The notes under the pieces: generated by a model
Databases searched by the model: none
The model's input: the letters and a program-made list of their open reading frames with translations, nothing else
What the model was told of the DNA's origin: nothing
Assembly (NCBI RefSeq): GCF_009914755.1
Contig: NC_060934.1
Reading direction: 5' to 3' (one strand)
Source of the DNA: the human T2T-CHM13v2.0 reference genome, Homo sapiens
DNA: 64,000 nucleotides
Part shown: one piece after another, positions 26,434-41,230 of the stretch
Layout of the letters: the number at the start of each line of letters is the position of its first letter
Numbering within the stretch: the first letter of the stretch is position 1
Position numbers and translations under genes: made by a program

Positions 26434-26619
26434 CACGGTGATTCTCAGCCCTAACTGCACCTTATAATCAATCACCTGAAAGGGTTTTTTAAAATTATTA
26501 GTATTAAGGCACCATCCCCACAGATTTTGATTTTGATTGGATAGGGTAAGGCTCAATGGGGAGAAGTTTGAAAAGCTACCCAGGTGTTTCTAATGTTGCA
26601 GCCAAGTTTAAAAACTGCT
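26434..26619. mobile_element. MER5A (hAT-Charlie)
   Basis: ggtgattctcagcc..aatcacctg..cccaggtgtttctaatgttgcagccaagtttaaaaactgctg. Confidence 0.75.
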
Positions 26620-26767
26620 GCATTAAAGCATTGATGTGAATTAGTTTGTCCCTTAGATAACAAAGGCCTGCCTGAGAGAAAAGTACACATTTCACCAGAA
26701 ACGGAAAGACACATAGGGAGTACGCAGAGTACAAACCCCTGGAGCAGGCACAAGAATGCAGAGCCTT

Positions 26768-26952
26768 GATGAACCACGGTGTTCCCGGACCAAACTGAGG
26801 ATTGGGCTGCTCTTTCTCGTGGCCCAGTAAAGAGTTGCAGATGAACTGGGGAGAGAGAGAGTTTTTATTTCTGTAACCAGTTACAGGGAGAAGGCCTGGA
26901 AATTATTACCAGACCAACTCAAAATTAGAAAGTTTTCCAGAGCTTATATACT
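26768..26952 (-). mobile_element. ERV1-class LTR fragment, truncated (subfamily not assigned)
   Basis: ggaccaaactgagg..tttttatttctgtaaccagttacagggagaaggcctgg..gcttatata; reverse AATAAA and TATA motifs. Confidence 0.6.
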
Positions 26953-27219
26953 TATATACTCTGGAGGCTGGGTCTTAAGATAAAGAGGGCTTACTCTGGG
27001 GAGGAGCTGCCAACTTCAATTCCCAGAGGAGCTGGGCAAAACAGAAAAATTAAACAGTTTACCTTGGGACTGCGGCAAAGTAGAACCCATTCCCTATCCA
27101 TAAAAGGCAACTGAGATCAGGTCAAGAAAATTGTTGCCAAGCAGAATGTAGGCCCGGTGAGGCTGAGTACTAGTGTTTCAAATTCCTAACAAATATAAAT
27201 CTTTGAGATTCTGTTTAAC

Positions 27220-27577
<358 letters not shown>

Positions 27578-28773
27578 TTATTAACACTTTATTTACATTT
27601 TTAAATAATATGGAGAAATCACAATAAGGAGCATTGAATCATTTATATGATAGTACTAAACCTCTAAAAGTTCAGAGATTTCCTATAAAAATAAGGTAAT
27701 AAATAAAAAGTAATAAATGCATGATATACCATTAATATGAACCAATATACTGTGATAAGATGATATATCTCAATAACATAAGAAAATAAATGTCAAATAA
27801 AATATTTAGAAATTAAATGATAATACCACCAATATTTAATATTTTAAAAGATATCAGACTTAAAATGAAATTTTTAAGCAGAAAAAGTATCAATTGCCGT
27901 TTCCAATAGCCTTGATGTTTGTTTGGTGACAAATATTCCAAAAAACTTTTTTTCATTTTGCATTAGTATTATTTGAATTAAGTGTTCATCTAAAGACATA
28001 TTTTTGTTGTATGTTAACATACATGTTCCTTCAAATAATCTAATTTTATATACGCTTTAGTTTTGATTTTGACATTGAAATTGAGATTGCTTTTGCTAAT
28101 ACAAATTTTAGATCAGTTTGTGATTTCATGTCAGAGTATTCCACACAAATGTACATATCTTTCTCTTTGCATTTCTCTGTTACAGTTTTGTAAGGACAGT
28201 AAGTACTATTTTAGATATTGAATATTTAGACACTGGAAAACACCAGCAGATATTATTGGGTAGTATTCTATTAACATAAAATTCAGATCTTCTAGCAAAG
28301 TTAACAGCACTACTTTCAATCCTGTGTAAAAATTGCCAATTTAGGGACATGTTTTGCCACAAAACTTGTTATTTCTTGGATCGCCACTCATAGGATTTGT
28401 ATGTAGTATACAATGTATGTAAACTTATTAATATTAATAACCTCTTCTATCTATAAGGATCACTGTGAGAAGCAGTCAGGCATACAAACATCTATTTATA
28501 ATACCATGGCAACAGAGACAAGAAAGACTGAGTGATTATATCACAACCACTTCTCTCCTATGTGCTATTGTCCCAGTTTCCAGAAGTGTCCGACTTAACC
28601 TTTGACTGCACATGTCTGCTTTTCCTGTTCTTCCTTTTGATGTCAGTGGATTCCTTCAAACTAGTAACAACTCTATGTTGATTGATAAAGGTTAATTCTT
28701 TCAAGAGAACTATAATACCTTTTTCCATGTTTCTGATTTCTCAGCTGAAATTTTTTCTGGGACCTGGAATTTG

Positions 28774-28820
<47 letters not shown>

Positions 28821-28943
28821 GTATATATATACACACGTATATATATACACACGTATATATATATACGTATATATATATATACGTATATACACACACACAC
28901 ACACATATATACACACATATATATATACACACACATATACACA
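28774..28943. repeat. Poly(A) followed by a (TA)n/(TATACACACG)n/(CA)n compound microsatellite
   Basis: Directly visible. Confidence 0.95.
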
Positions 28944-29314
28944 CCATCCCCAAGAGTTACAAGAAAGGATTTCTGCATGGAAAATACTAAGGCTGACCAA
29001 TGTAGTAAATACAGACAATCAAGAGAATACAAATGTTCAAGGTTTACCAACTGTGGGCACTGTGTCCTAGTAAAGCATTTACTTCAGGTCCACATGTATG
29101 AGCCAAAATATAGGTGTATATCACCATGCCTAGGTCTGTGACTATAAGGCCATGAGCTTCACACCATGCTAAGAGAATCTTCAAGATAATCAAGATTCCA
29201 AAGAGATAACTCAAGGCCATGCGGGGAAACAAAGAAAAGGTAGAAAAAACTTTGATCCCAAGGATTGATACTTATATCTATTGTCTTCAATAGCATAAGA
29301 TCACTGCTTTGAAA

Positions 29315-29755
29315 TGTTAAAGTAAACTAAATATTCCTGAGAAGGACTCTGTACTTCCATATTTGAGTCCTTTTGGACAAACTAACCTAACTTAGTAGGC
29401 AGACAAGATTGGAAACCTATCTTAGGAGTATGCACCTGTAACAATAGCTGAGTCTTGGCCAATCCCAGCAGCCGTACTTCAACGACTCATACACTGCTGA
29501 GTGTTCAAACTGTGTTCAAATAAGGCAAATGCCAACCTGTAACCAATCCAGCTGTTTCTGTACCGCATTTCCAATTTCTGTGTGTCACTTTCCCTTTTTT
29601 TTGCCTATGAATTTGCTCTGACCATGAGGCATCCCTGGAGTCTCTCTGAATCTGCTGTGAATCTGGAGGCTGCCTGATTTGCAAATTGTTTTTATTTTTT
29701 CCCTTGCTCAATTAAACTGTGTTGAATTTAATTTGTCTGAAGTTTTCTTTTAACA
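29315..29755 (+). mobile_element. MER57-family ERV1 solo LTR, complete
   Basis: tgttaaag..ttttaaca termini, two CCAAT boxes, ATTAAA signal. Confidence 0.8.
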
Positions 29756-30289
29756 GAGGGGGGGAAATATTTGAAAATATGAAACAATTTATATAGGAAA
29801 CACTCAGCACAGTACCAGGAACATAGTAGACTCTTCAGGTTTGTTTAAATAAAATTCTTCCAAAAGCAATATCCTGGCCTTATCTTCTCACCCTGAAAAT
29901 TCATTTAGAGGGTCATCGATTTTCATTAGATGTTAAACTTCCTAGGTTGGGTCTATCCCCCATCCTTATCCTGCATGTTACACAATACCACATTGAATTT
30001 CTCCCTTGTGAAATCCAGTTCCGTTGCTAATAAAATATTGTGAGTGGTCGGCTTGCTTTCATTCACTTCTGACCATTTTCCAGGACCCAATTAAGGCGGC
30101 CACAGAGTCTGAAGGGATAGGGAGAGGAAGGAGAGATTCTGCCAATTTACCTCTATTACCCCGATGCCTAATTGTGCCATTAAAATTTGGCAAATGTCCC
30201 AGAATCCAGTAGTCAATAATTCACAGCCAAGAAACATGAAACCCAAGGCAACCCCACAAAGGGACTTTCTTTCTACAGCTTTCCTTCTT

Positions 30290-30940
30290 AGAGAAAGAGT
30301 TTAATTCACACAGAGCCAGCTGCACGGACTAGAGTTTTATTATGGCTCAAATCAGTCCCCCAAAAACCCCAACGATTGGGGTTTTTAAGGATAATTTGGT
30401 GGGTAGGGGGTTGCAAAGTAGGGAGTGCTGATTGGTCGGGTCAGAGATGAAATCATAGGAAGTTGAAGCTGTCCTCTTATGCTGAGTAAATTCCTGGGTT
30501 GGGGCCACAAGACCAAATGAGCCAGTTTATCAGCCTGGGTGATGCCAGCTGATCCACTGAGTACAGGGTCCGCAAAATATCTCAAGAACTGATCTTAGGT
30601 TTTACAATAGTGATGTTAACCCCAGGAGCAATTAGGGGAGCTTCAGAATCTTGCAGCCTCCAGCTGCCTGACTCTTAAACCATAATTTCTAATCTTGTGG
30701 CTAATTTGTTAGTCCTACAAAGGCAGTCTAGTCCCCAGGCAGGAAAGAGTTTGTTTTTGGAGAGGGCTGTTATCACCTTTGTTTCAAAGTTAAGCTATAA
30801 ACTAAGTTCCTCACAAAGTTAGTTTAGCCTATGCCCAGGAATTACCAAGGATAGCTTGGGGGTTAGAATAAGATGGAGTCAGTTAGGTCAAACCTCTTTC
30901 GCTATCATTATCCTCTGTCATAATTTTCAAAGGTGGTTTT
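30290..30940 (-). mobile_element. LTR8-family ERV1 LTR, 3' end missing
   Basis: aagagtttaatt..gatggagtcagttaggtca..aattttcaaaggtggttt. Confidence 0.8.
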
Positions 30941-31046
30941 TATCTTATTCATTTCCATTTTCTGTTTTCCTCCCGTGTCTTCTCCTTTTCTTCTCTTCTC
31001 TATCTGCTTCTCTACCTAGTTTTTTTCCCCAAAAAGTTGGCATACA

Positions 31047-31333
31047 TGAAAAAGAATGAAGTCATGTCCTTTGCAGCAACATGGATGCAACTGGTGGCCA
31101 TTATCCTAAGCAAATTAGCACAGGAACAGAAAACCAAATACTGCATGTTCTCACTTATAAGTGCAAGCTAAACATTGGGTAGATAAGGACATAAAGATGG
31201 GAAAAATAGACACTGGGAGCTACTTAGAGAAAGGAGAGAGGGAGGAAGGAAAGGTCTTAAAAATTACCTGTCCTGTCCGGTACAATGTTTACTACCTGGG
31301 TGATGGGATTATTCACACCCCAAACCTCAGTGT
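31047..31333 (+). mobile_element. L1MA/PB-like 3' fragment, cut off at a microsatellite
   Basis: aaaaagaatgaagtcatgtcctttgcagcaacatgg..caccccaaacctcag. Confidence 0.85.
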
Positions 31334-31335
31334 TT

Positions 31336-31424
31336 TATAGATATAGATATAGATATAGATATAGATATAGATATAGATATAGATATAGATATAGATATAG
31401 ATATAGATATACACATATAGATAT
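31336..31424. repeat. (TAGATA)n hexamer microsatellite
   Basis: About 12 perfect units. Confidence 0.95.
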
Positions 31425-31425
31425 G

Positions 31426-31626
31426 ATCAATGTTTGAGGTGGTGAATAGGCTAATTGCCCTGATCTGATTATTATACATTATATGTATCAAAACATCACT
31501 ATGTACCCCATGAATATGTACAAGTATTATTTGTTGATTTTTAAAAAGTACATTTTTTAAAAAAGCAGAGACAATTAAAAAAGCATCAACATTGAAGTCA
31601 GATGAAAGAAAATAAATGTTGAAAAG
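31426..31626 (+). repeat. Local direct duplicate of 33367-33568
   Basis: ~200 bp at ~94% identity by manual count. Confidence 0.95.
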
Positions 31627-31628
31627 TG

Positions 31629-31685
<57 letters not shown>
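31627..31685. repeat. (TA)n(GA)n microsatellite
   Basis: Directly visible. Confidence 0.95.
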
Positions 31686-31711
31686 GAACTTAGGGTTAGG
31701 GGATGGTAGAG

Positions 31712-32044
<333 letters not shown>

Positions 32045-33211
32045 GAGTTTAATCTTTCTTTATGTAAATTCCCTCCATAATTGGTTTTGTCTAATTTTAA
32101 CTTACATGATATTCTAAAATGTAGTTTATGATATGATTATTTCTGCACTTCTATAATTCTTGAACAGTCATTAATAGTGAAATATTTGAACAGTTCATGA
32201 ATTCAGTACAACATTTAAATAATTCTGTTTAGTTTTCAATGCTTCTTTTATAATTTTCCTACTGATGCATTATTTCTCAAAGATATGCAGAGGTCAGAGA
32301 GTATTTAAATTGGCAGGTGTGATGTTTTATGACTTCCTTAAAGCAGACCAGGAAAATCCCTCGGACACCTGGGCTCCTTGAACTCATGAATATAAAGAAA
32401 ATATTTACAAAGACAAAATACTTCCAAGAGACCATGCGCTCATTTCTTCTCTGAGGGAGTCTAACACTACCAGCAGCATGAAATCCATATTCTATCAACC
32501 TGCACTCAAGAATAAAGTTTCCTAAAATGCTGATTTGTTAAATCATACCAACTAGATGCTCTTTAAGGTTCATTGGCTAAGCAAGTAGAGCCTATGTTTT
32601 TATAGCGTTCAATACCAACAGAAATAGGCGAGGAACTGACTTAGATTCTCATGGTTCCACTAGACACTTACAGGAGGCATTTGAAAGCAGAGACTCTAAT
32701 GAAAACTAGTCAAAAGACCCTCAATTGAAACAAATTTCACCAAGCAAGATTTGTAGTTCAAGATATGTCTAGCAATGCAATACCATCTCCAGTGGAAGAG
32801 TTTATTGACCAGGTCTATGAAAATTACTTTGAATTTGTCCCCTTCTGGTCAAGAACTCTCCACATGTGAGATGAGAGGGGGCTGAAATTGTGGCCTCATC
32901 TGTCCCTGGAGCAGAGTGTGCCTAAAGGCTCGACTCCAGGAGAAATGGCCTCCTGACCTGAGTCTCATTAGCACTATGCTCAGCCAGCTGAGCTCCCTTC
33001 ATTGTGAGATGCAGCCAGGACCACTGTTGTTTCTGAACAGCACCAGGAAGGAAAGCTACTGCAAAGTAGATTAGTGAGATTAAATCTTATCGGTGTGATT
33101 AAATCTGAGGCTAAGGTGATAAGAAATATATCACTCTCCTCTACATAATTATCTGTTTTATTAACACCAAGTTACAGTATTTTATCAATGTTTCCTAGTG
33201 CCATGTGGCTC

Positions 33212-33257
33212 TGAGTACACGTGTGCCATGAGTACACGTGTGCCATGAGTACACGTG
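33212..33257. repeat. 17-bp tandem repeat, 2.7 copies (tgagtacacgtgtgcca)
   Basis: Perfect copies, each containing CACGTG. Confidence 0.92.
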
Positions 33258-33370
33258 GCTCAGTCTACTATTCCCCAAGTTGCCTTTGAGCCACCTGGCT
33301 ATGCAGTGTGGCTGTGACAGCAATTGGATCCACAGAGAGGAGTTCAGGCTGCATTTCAGAAGAAATATCA

Positions 33371-33492
33371 ATGTTTGAGGTGGTGAATAGGCTAATTACC
33401 CTGATCTGATTACTATACATTATATGTATCAAAACATCACTATATACCCCATAAATATGTACAAGTATTATTTGTTGATTTTTAAAAAGTAA
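33371..33492 (+). mobile_element. L1MA 3' terminal fragment
   Basis: atgtttgaggtggtgaataggctaattaccctgatctgat..ccccataaatatgtacaa. Confidence 0.8.
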
Positions 33493-33579
33493 AATTTTTT
33501 ATAAAGCATAGACAAATGAAAAAAGCATCAACATTGAAGTCAGGTCAAAGAAAATAAATGTTGAAAAGCGGAAAGCATG

Positions 33580-33765
33580 TACACATTAAACCATTCCATA
33601 GTTGTTTGTCCTTGAATAATGTGTTTAACTTCTCTGAGCTTTATTCTACCATTAAAGAATGAAGATAATAATACATATTTTATAATATTATGAGAATTAA
33701 ATGGAAATAATGTTATAAAAAGCACATGTCTATTATCTGTCACAAAATATATTTAATAAATGGTA
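33580..33765 (+). mobile_element. MIR
   Basis: tttaacttctctgagc..gataataata..gagaattaaatg..ttaataaatggta. Confidence 0.6.
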
Positions 33766-33989
33766 ATTATTATTTTTATTATCATCAGCAACATAATCTG
33801 CTATGTCTTGTGGGCTTTCCCTCTTCTTCCCCATACTGTGCTTTCTCTGCCTCCCATCATACTGTCTCCTCCAGAGATGATGATGATGGATAGTGATGCT
33901 GACGATGGAGAAGGAAGAAAGAAGGGGAGTGATTCACAATTAATTCAATGTTCCTGATATGCCACATCCTGTGCTACATGCTTAACACA

Positions 33990-34357
33990 TGGATTAGTCT
34001 TTTCTTACCCTGAGAATAAAGACATACCTGAGATTGGAAATTTATACAGGAAAGAGGTTTAATGGACTCAATTCCACGTGGCTGGGGAGGTCTCATAATC
34101 ATGGCGGAAGGCAAAGGAGGAGCAAGTCACATCTTACATGGGTGGCATCAGGCAAAGAGAGAGAGCCAAAAGAAAGGAATTTCCCTTTATAAAACCATAA
34201 GATCTCATGAGACTTATTCACTACCATGAGAACAGTATGGGGGAAACTGACCCTATAATTCAATTATCTCCCACTGGGTCCCTCCCACAACATGTGGGAA
34301 TTATGAGAGCTACAATTCGAGATGAGATTTGGGTGGGGACACAGCTAAACCATATCA
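33990..34357 (-). mobile_element. THE1B/C solo LTR, inserted in a MIR
   Basis: ataaagacatacctgaga..gagatttgggtggggacacagctaaaccatatca. Confidence 0.9.
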
Positions 34358-34522
34358 GATAACATATATTATCTGATTTAATTCTCACAACAGATGCTAC
34401 TAAGTAGGTACTACAGATGAGAAATGAAGATTTGGTGACCTGAATTAATTGGACTAAAGTTCACACAGCAAATAAGTTGCACTGATAGAATTTGAAGCCA
34501 GTGTCTACGGTGTTAAGTACTA

Positions 34523-34698
<176 letters not shown>

Positions 34699-34772
34699 AC
34701 ATCTTGCCTATCAAAGACAAACAATCAAAGACAAACCCACCAGCAGTGGCTTACCTCACCTTATATTTAGAG

Positions 34773-35326
34773 TGAAGGACATCAAAGTATTTTACCCCAA
34801 AATATATTTCTTTGACATATTTTGAAATGGATGCCACAGGGCCACCAGACACAAGTGGCCTTGCAAAGTTATCTGTTGTGGGGGAAATTTGCCTCTGAAG
34901 AAAAACTCCTTTGGTTCAGCCAGCCCTTCCCTTTCTAGGTCTTTCTTAGATCTAAGAGAGAGTAACTGATTGTTTGACACCTTTAAAGTTCTGTAAAGAA
35001 ACATTTAGCACCTATTCTTTTTGAGGGCTGCTACCTATGAGTCTTCATCTACATAATAAGGTCACCTTTGCTAGCCAGGCTTCTTCCTTTCTCCCTCTCA
35101 TAACCTGTCTTGACACTAACATTTGATTCGCCAACCTAACCTGGTTTTGACCATGCTCTGAGCCTGCATTATTTCTATAACCTCAAAGTGGTGTAGAAGC
35201 TTGGTGGTGGTGGGGTCTTCATCATGAAGCTCTCATTTATACACATTCAATAAATTTGTGCCCCTTTTCTCCCATCAATTTGCCTCATGTCAGTGATTTC
35301 TCAGCAAACCTTCAGAGGGCCAAGGG
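34773..35326 (+). mobile_element. MER39-family ERV1 LTR
   Basis: tgaagg..accccaaaatatatttctttgacatattttg..aataaatttgtg..cagcaaaccttcagagggc. Confidence 0.8.
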
Positions 35327-35677
35327 ATAGAGATGCTCATTAAGTAAAATATTGTGGAGAGCTATTGAATGGCAGTGCAAGTGCCTGACTTTTTCCATGA
35401 TTTCCTAAATTTGCAGTGATGGCTGTGCTCAGAATCTGTGGTGTGCTCTGAGGTTTAATTAGGGAAAGTTCGTGGCTCCCTTATGTTCCATTTAGCTACT
35501 TCTTACATCATCCCAAAGACTAAATATATATTGGTCAAGTTACTGGGCTACAGTTCCAGGAGGGAGAGCTTCCAAAGGGGTTGAAGTTCAAATATACATG
35601 ATTATAGTCATCCTTTACATGTATTTTATTCCTAGAAGCTAAAAAGGACAGAGGTGGGATTGGCTCAAAGAAGGCCT

Positions 35678-36554
<877 letters not shown>

Positions 36555-36963
36555 CGTCTGATTATATTTCCTTTTTATTTTGGACTGAGAGAAAGCAAGG
36601 GTGGCCTCAAGCACCTGGTTTTGAACAATGAACAGTATTGTACACAAAAGAAAATTCAAGGGGAAAAAGCAACAATGAAGCCTGAACTGGATAGATAGAA
36701 GAAGAAGTAAATTAGTAGGAATATGTTAAGGGAATGAGAGGAAGATAATCCTCCTCTATAAAATTCTCACAGATCTAAGGAATTTCAGATGAAAAGGTAC
36801 TGACGTGTAAGAATAGTGCAAAGCCAAGAAAGCCTACATGGTGCTAGGGCAAAAAAAAAAAATGCAGAAGTCATGAATTTTTCTTAGGGAAATGCCTGTT
36901 ATAAATGTAGAGTACTCTGCTACAAAAAAGAGTGAGCCTTGTATCCCTAGAAAGAACCCACAC

Positions 36964-37427
36964 TGCTATGAATTAAATTATATCCATTCCCCCCAATTGA
37001 AGCTCTAACCCCCAATGTCACTGTATTTGGAGGTAGAATTCACAAGAAAGTTATTAAGGTTAAATGAGGTCATAGGAGTAGGGCCCCAATCTAATAGGAC
37101 TGGTGTCCTTATTAAAAGAGGAAGAGACACCATAGTTTCCTTCTCTCTCCCTTTCTCTCTTTCTCTCTCTCTCTCCCTCTCTCTCGCTTGCTCTCTCTCT
37201 CTCTTTCTGTCCCCATCTTTCCCTATGTGCACATAGGGGAAAGGTCATGTAAGGACGTAGCAAGAGAGTGGCTGTCAGCAAGCCAGGCATAGAGCCTTTA
37301 CAAGAAACCGAATCTGCCAGCACCTTCATCTGGGACTTCTAGCCTCCAGAACAACAAGAAAATAAACTCTTTTGTTTAAGCTATTCAGCCTGTGGTCTAC
37401 TTATGGCAATCTGAACTGACTAATACA
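36964..37427 (+). mobile_element. MLT1A/B solo LTR with internal (CT)n
   Basis: tgctatg..gactaataca termini; 5-bp TSD cacac / tacac. Confidence 0.85.
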
Positions 37428-38379
37428 TACACCAACTCAGCAATGAAGCCCAAAGATGTAGAACGTCAAAGAGAGATAGAAAAAAAAAGGCTTAGAGGTT
37501 TAATACAACAAAATGGACAACAAAGGAAAGAAAGACCTCAAGAAGACCTGAAGATGGGCATTGCCCCTATAGCAGGTTCTACATTTTGCAGAAAGACAGG
37601 AGTTTTAGATGCCACCCTTGGATAAAAGACAATTTGAACAGTGGTGGATTTCCTCCAGGGTACAAGAGCTACTGTGTCACAATTAACCTTTCAATGGGAG
37701 ATTCCTCCTTACTGAGTTGTAAGTTCACAGGTGCTTCATTCTGTAAAACTGGCATAGATTGATTACTACCTGGCAAAGCTGGAACCAAGAAATCTTTGTC
37801 TTTCACTCTCTTTTGTTTATTCTATCCATCAACTTCTCCCAGATAAATCTCTGTTATGGTCTATGGTCCTTATCAGCAATGTAGATCTAGAATGCGATAC
37901 ATGTTAAGTTCCAGCTAATACTTTCTCCTGGAAAATGTGATTTGATGTGGAAACTGCTGCTCCAATTGACAGTTGCTGAAACAGGAATATTTGATGTCAC
38001 AATTGTGTCTGCTCTTTGTGTTGTTGGAACTTTAGTACCATAGAAGACATGTGACAGCTGGAATCAAGACAATTCAAATTTTGAGATAGCTGACGTTGCT
38101 AAAGGAATCACTGCAGTTCCAGGGAAAGATAGCTGCTGTAGAAGAAGCGCAGATTCCATATAAGCCATCACTGACAGAGAATATGAGTTAACCAAGAAAG
38201 AAAATTGGGAAAAATAAATGGTTTTATACATATTTGGGGACTTTAGTCTTTGTATGGCAACAAGAAAAAAAGACATTCAATTTATTGTGACTTTAATTTC
38301 TCTGATGAAACTAAGGATTGACTTACTAAGGAAATTCATATTGCTCACTTTAGGTTTATTGTGTTCTATCATTATAAAG

Positions 38380-38592
38380 TAGATGGACCTGGGTTGAAAT
38401 GCTAGATCCATCACTTGTTGGATCTGCTGATAAATTACTTAATGCCTCTGAGCTGTCTCTCACCTATAATATGAGATATATAATGATACTAACCATCTCA
38501 GAGTGGTTAGTATAAGAAAATCAAGTGAAATAATGCCTGAAAAATATCTTGCACATAATAATTGCTCAATAAATATTAGATATTATTATTGC
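38380..38592 (+). mobile_element. MIR
   Basis: gacctgggttgaaat..gcacataataattgctcaataaatatt. Confidence 0.7.
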
Positions 38593-38689
38593 TGTTATTT
38601 TTGTCTGGACTTTACTCTGGTGCAAGCAGTAAAACACTATGTGGTGAGCTGGAGGGGTAGGGTAAAAGGAGGAGGAGGAATATCTGACA

Positions 38690-38950
38690 GTAAATGACTT
38701 CTTACTATATGCTGTAAGTATTAAGTGCTATCACATCCATTATTCTATTTTTGTTCATTACATATTTATGTATTCATTTCTTTATTATTAACTACAACCT
38801 AATGAAGTAGCTACAGTTACTTTACAGATGGTAAAAGTAATTTTTAAAAGTTCAGAAAGACTAAGCATTTTACTAAGGTCAACACAGGTAGTAATTAGTG
38901 ACTCTAAGACACAAAGCCCAGATGATTTGATTCTAGGGTCTTTAGTCTCA
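38690..38950 (-). mobile_element. MIR, degenerate
   Basis: ttttacagatgg..ctaaggtcaacacaggtagta. Confidence 0.55.
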
Positions 38951-40137
38951 ATGAGGATCACATAAAACATATTTCAACAACATTCATGTCAAATATAGAA
39001 AGAGGATGGCCTATCAGGTAGTGTACAGAGTGGTCTTGGGGTTAATCTCAAAAACATATTATCATCAGAGGCATTCATGAAAGCCTTGGGAGACTGAACT
39101 GCTCCTCTCACGATCATGGGTGAAGATGCAGAGACTGAACCAGTAGATCTATAAAAGTGGGATCAGGACTGATACTTTCCTGACTTGCTCACCTCATTCT
39201 ACTCCAAAAGACAAGGAGTTTGTCTCTGTATTGATCCCTGCTATTGAATGTGCATTTTTCAAGGGATTCAAACATCATATGCATAAATATATATTCTTTC
39301 TTTGTCTTCTTTTGATTCCTTGAAGCTGAAGGAAGACAAGAACAGGGCTTGCTTTTTCCTGGGGAAAAACCTGTCCATCTCCATTTTACTTTGGTTGCTT
39401 TCTCTTTGAAGACCTACTTTACTCAACTGGTGAGGAAAGGTGAGCCTGGAGATGACTCTTTCTTGAGAGTTACTAGAGCTTCTTGCTCTTTTATTCATCA
39501 TTTCTGGGGTGCCTCTGGCCCTTGCCATTACACAAGAAAAATCTGAGACTCAGGGATACACTTAATGGGAGGGAAATAGAAAAGATCAGTGATTGTTATT
39601 ATCCTTGACTACGTATTTGAATTCACCTTGCTGGATTTTTTAAATTCTGTAGGCCAAGGCACATGTTATACCAATTTAGCCAGTATTTCTGGTGGCAGAG
39701 GAGAGGAGAACCCACGAAACAGTTTTTTTAAAAAATCCCAGATCATTCCAATGGGTAACTAGTGAAATAAACCACACAATCCATTTTAGTTCTAGACCTC
39801 AGAACTGCCCTTAGGATGAGCAATTATAATTTCCATTTGGCTCAGTGTAGACCATTAAAGGCCACAGCCAGAGCAGAATAAAGAATGTGCCTTGGTTCCA
39901 TCATTTTATTCCATGAAAATATTAATATATTCCTAGTGGGGACTTTGCATGGTTAAATTGGAATAATAGTCCAAGGTCTTGGGTCAAATACTCTTTGGGT
40001 CAAATGTAATTCATATCTTCTTACCCCATAATATTTCTCAAAAATTGCAGAGCCATCATGTCTCTCTAATTACAACAGTGCTTTTTCCTATTCTCATTTC
40101 CCTCAAGTCTTCAAGCAACACTTGAACTAAAAATTAA

Positions 40138-40490
<353 letters not shown>

Positions 40491-40710
40491 AAGAATTGAG
40501 TTTTTAATGTATCACAAAAACATTTCCAGAAGGAGGGAAAATGTATCTGACAGAAACACAAAAGGTCAGCCAAAACTTCTATTTAAGTGCATCATGAAAC
40601 AAAAATTCTGGTTCTAAGTGTCCTATAGCTATGAAAAAAATCACATATTATCTTTGCCAAAGAAGAAATGTAAAAGAGTAGTAATACATAATAAAACTAT
40701 GCAGAGATGA

Positions 40711-41006
<296 letters not shown>

Positions 41007-41060
41007 CTATGCAGAGACAAAGAGGTTAAACAGAAGTATCAAAATAAAACAACCGTAGTC

Positions 41061-41230
41061 ACAGTGGCTCTCAGGTGAGCTCACACATTACAATTGCCGG
41101 GTGAGCATCTTAAAAACCAATTGAACCAGAATCTTTAGACGTGATGCCCATGCATTGTTTGTTCTGTTTTGTTTTTCTTTTGCTCCCTGGGTGAATTCCA
41201 ATGGTCAGCCAAGACTGAGAAACGGTATGC
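41061..41230. mobile_element. MER5-type DNA element, degenerate
   Basis: cagtggctctca..gctccctgggtgaattcc..cagccaagactgagaa. Confidence 0.55.

Noticed and set aside
39981-40002. Two GGGTCA half-sites as a nuclear-receptor element
   Set aside because: The 10-bp spacing is non-canonical and is explained by a short tandem duplication
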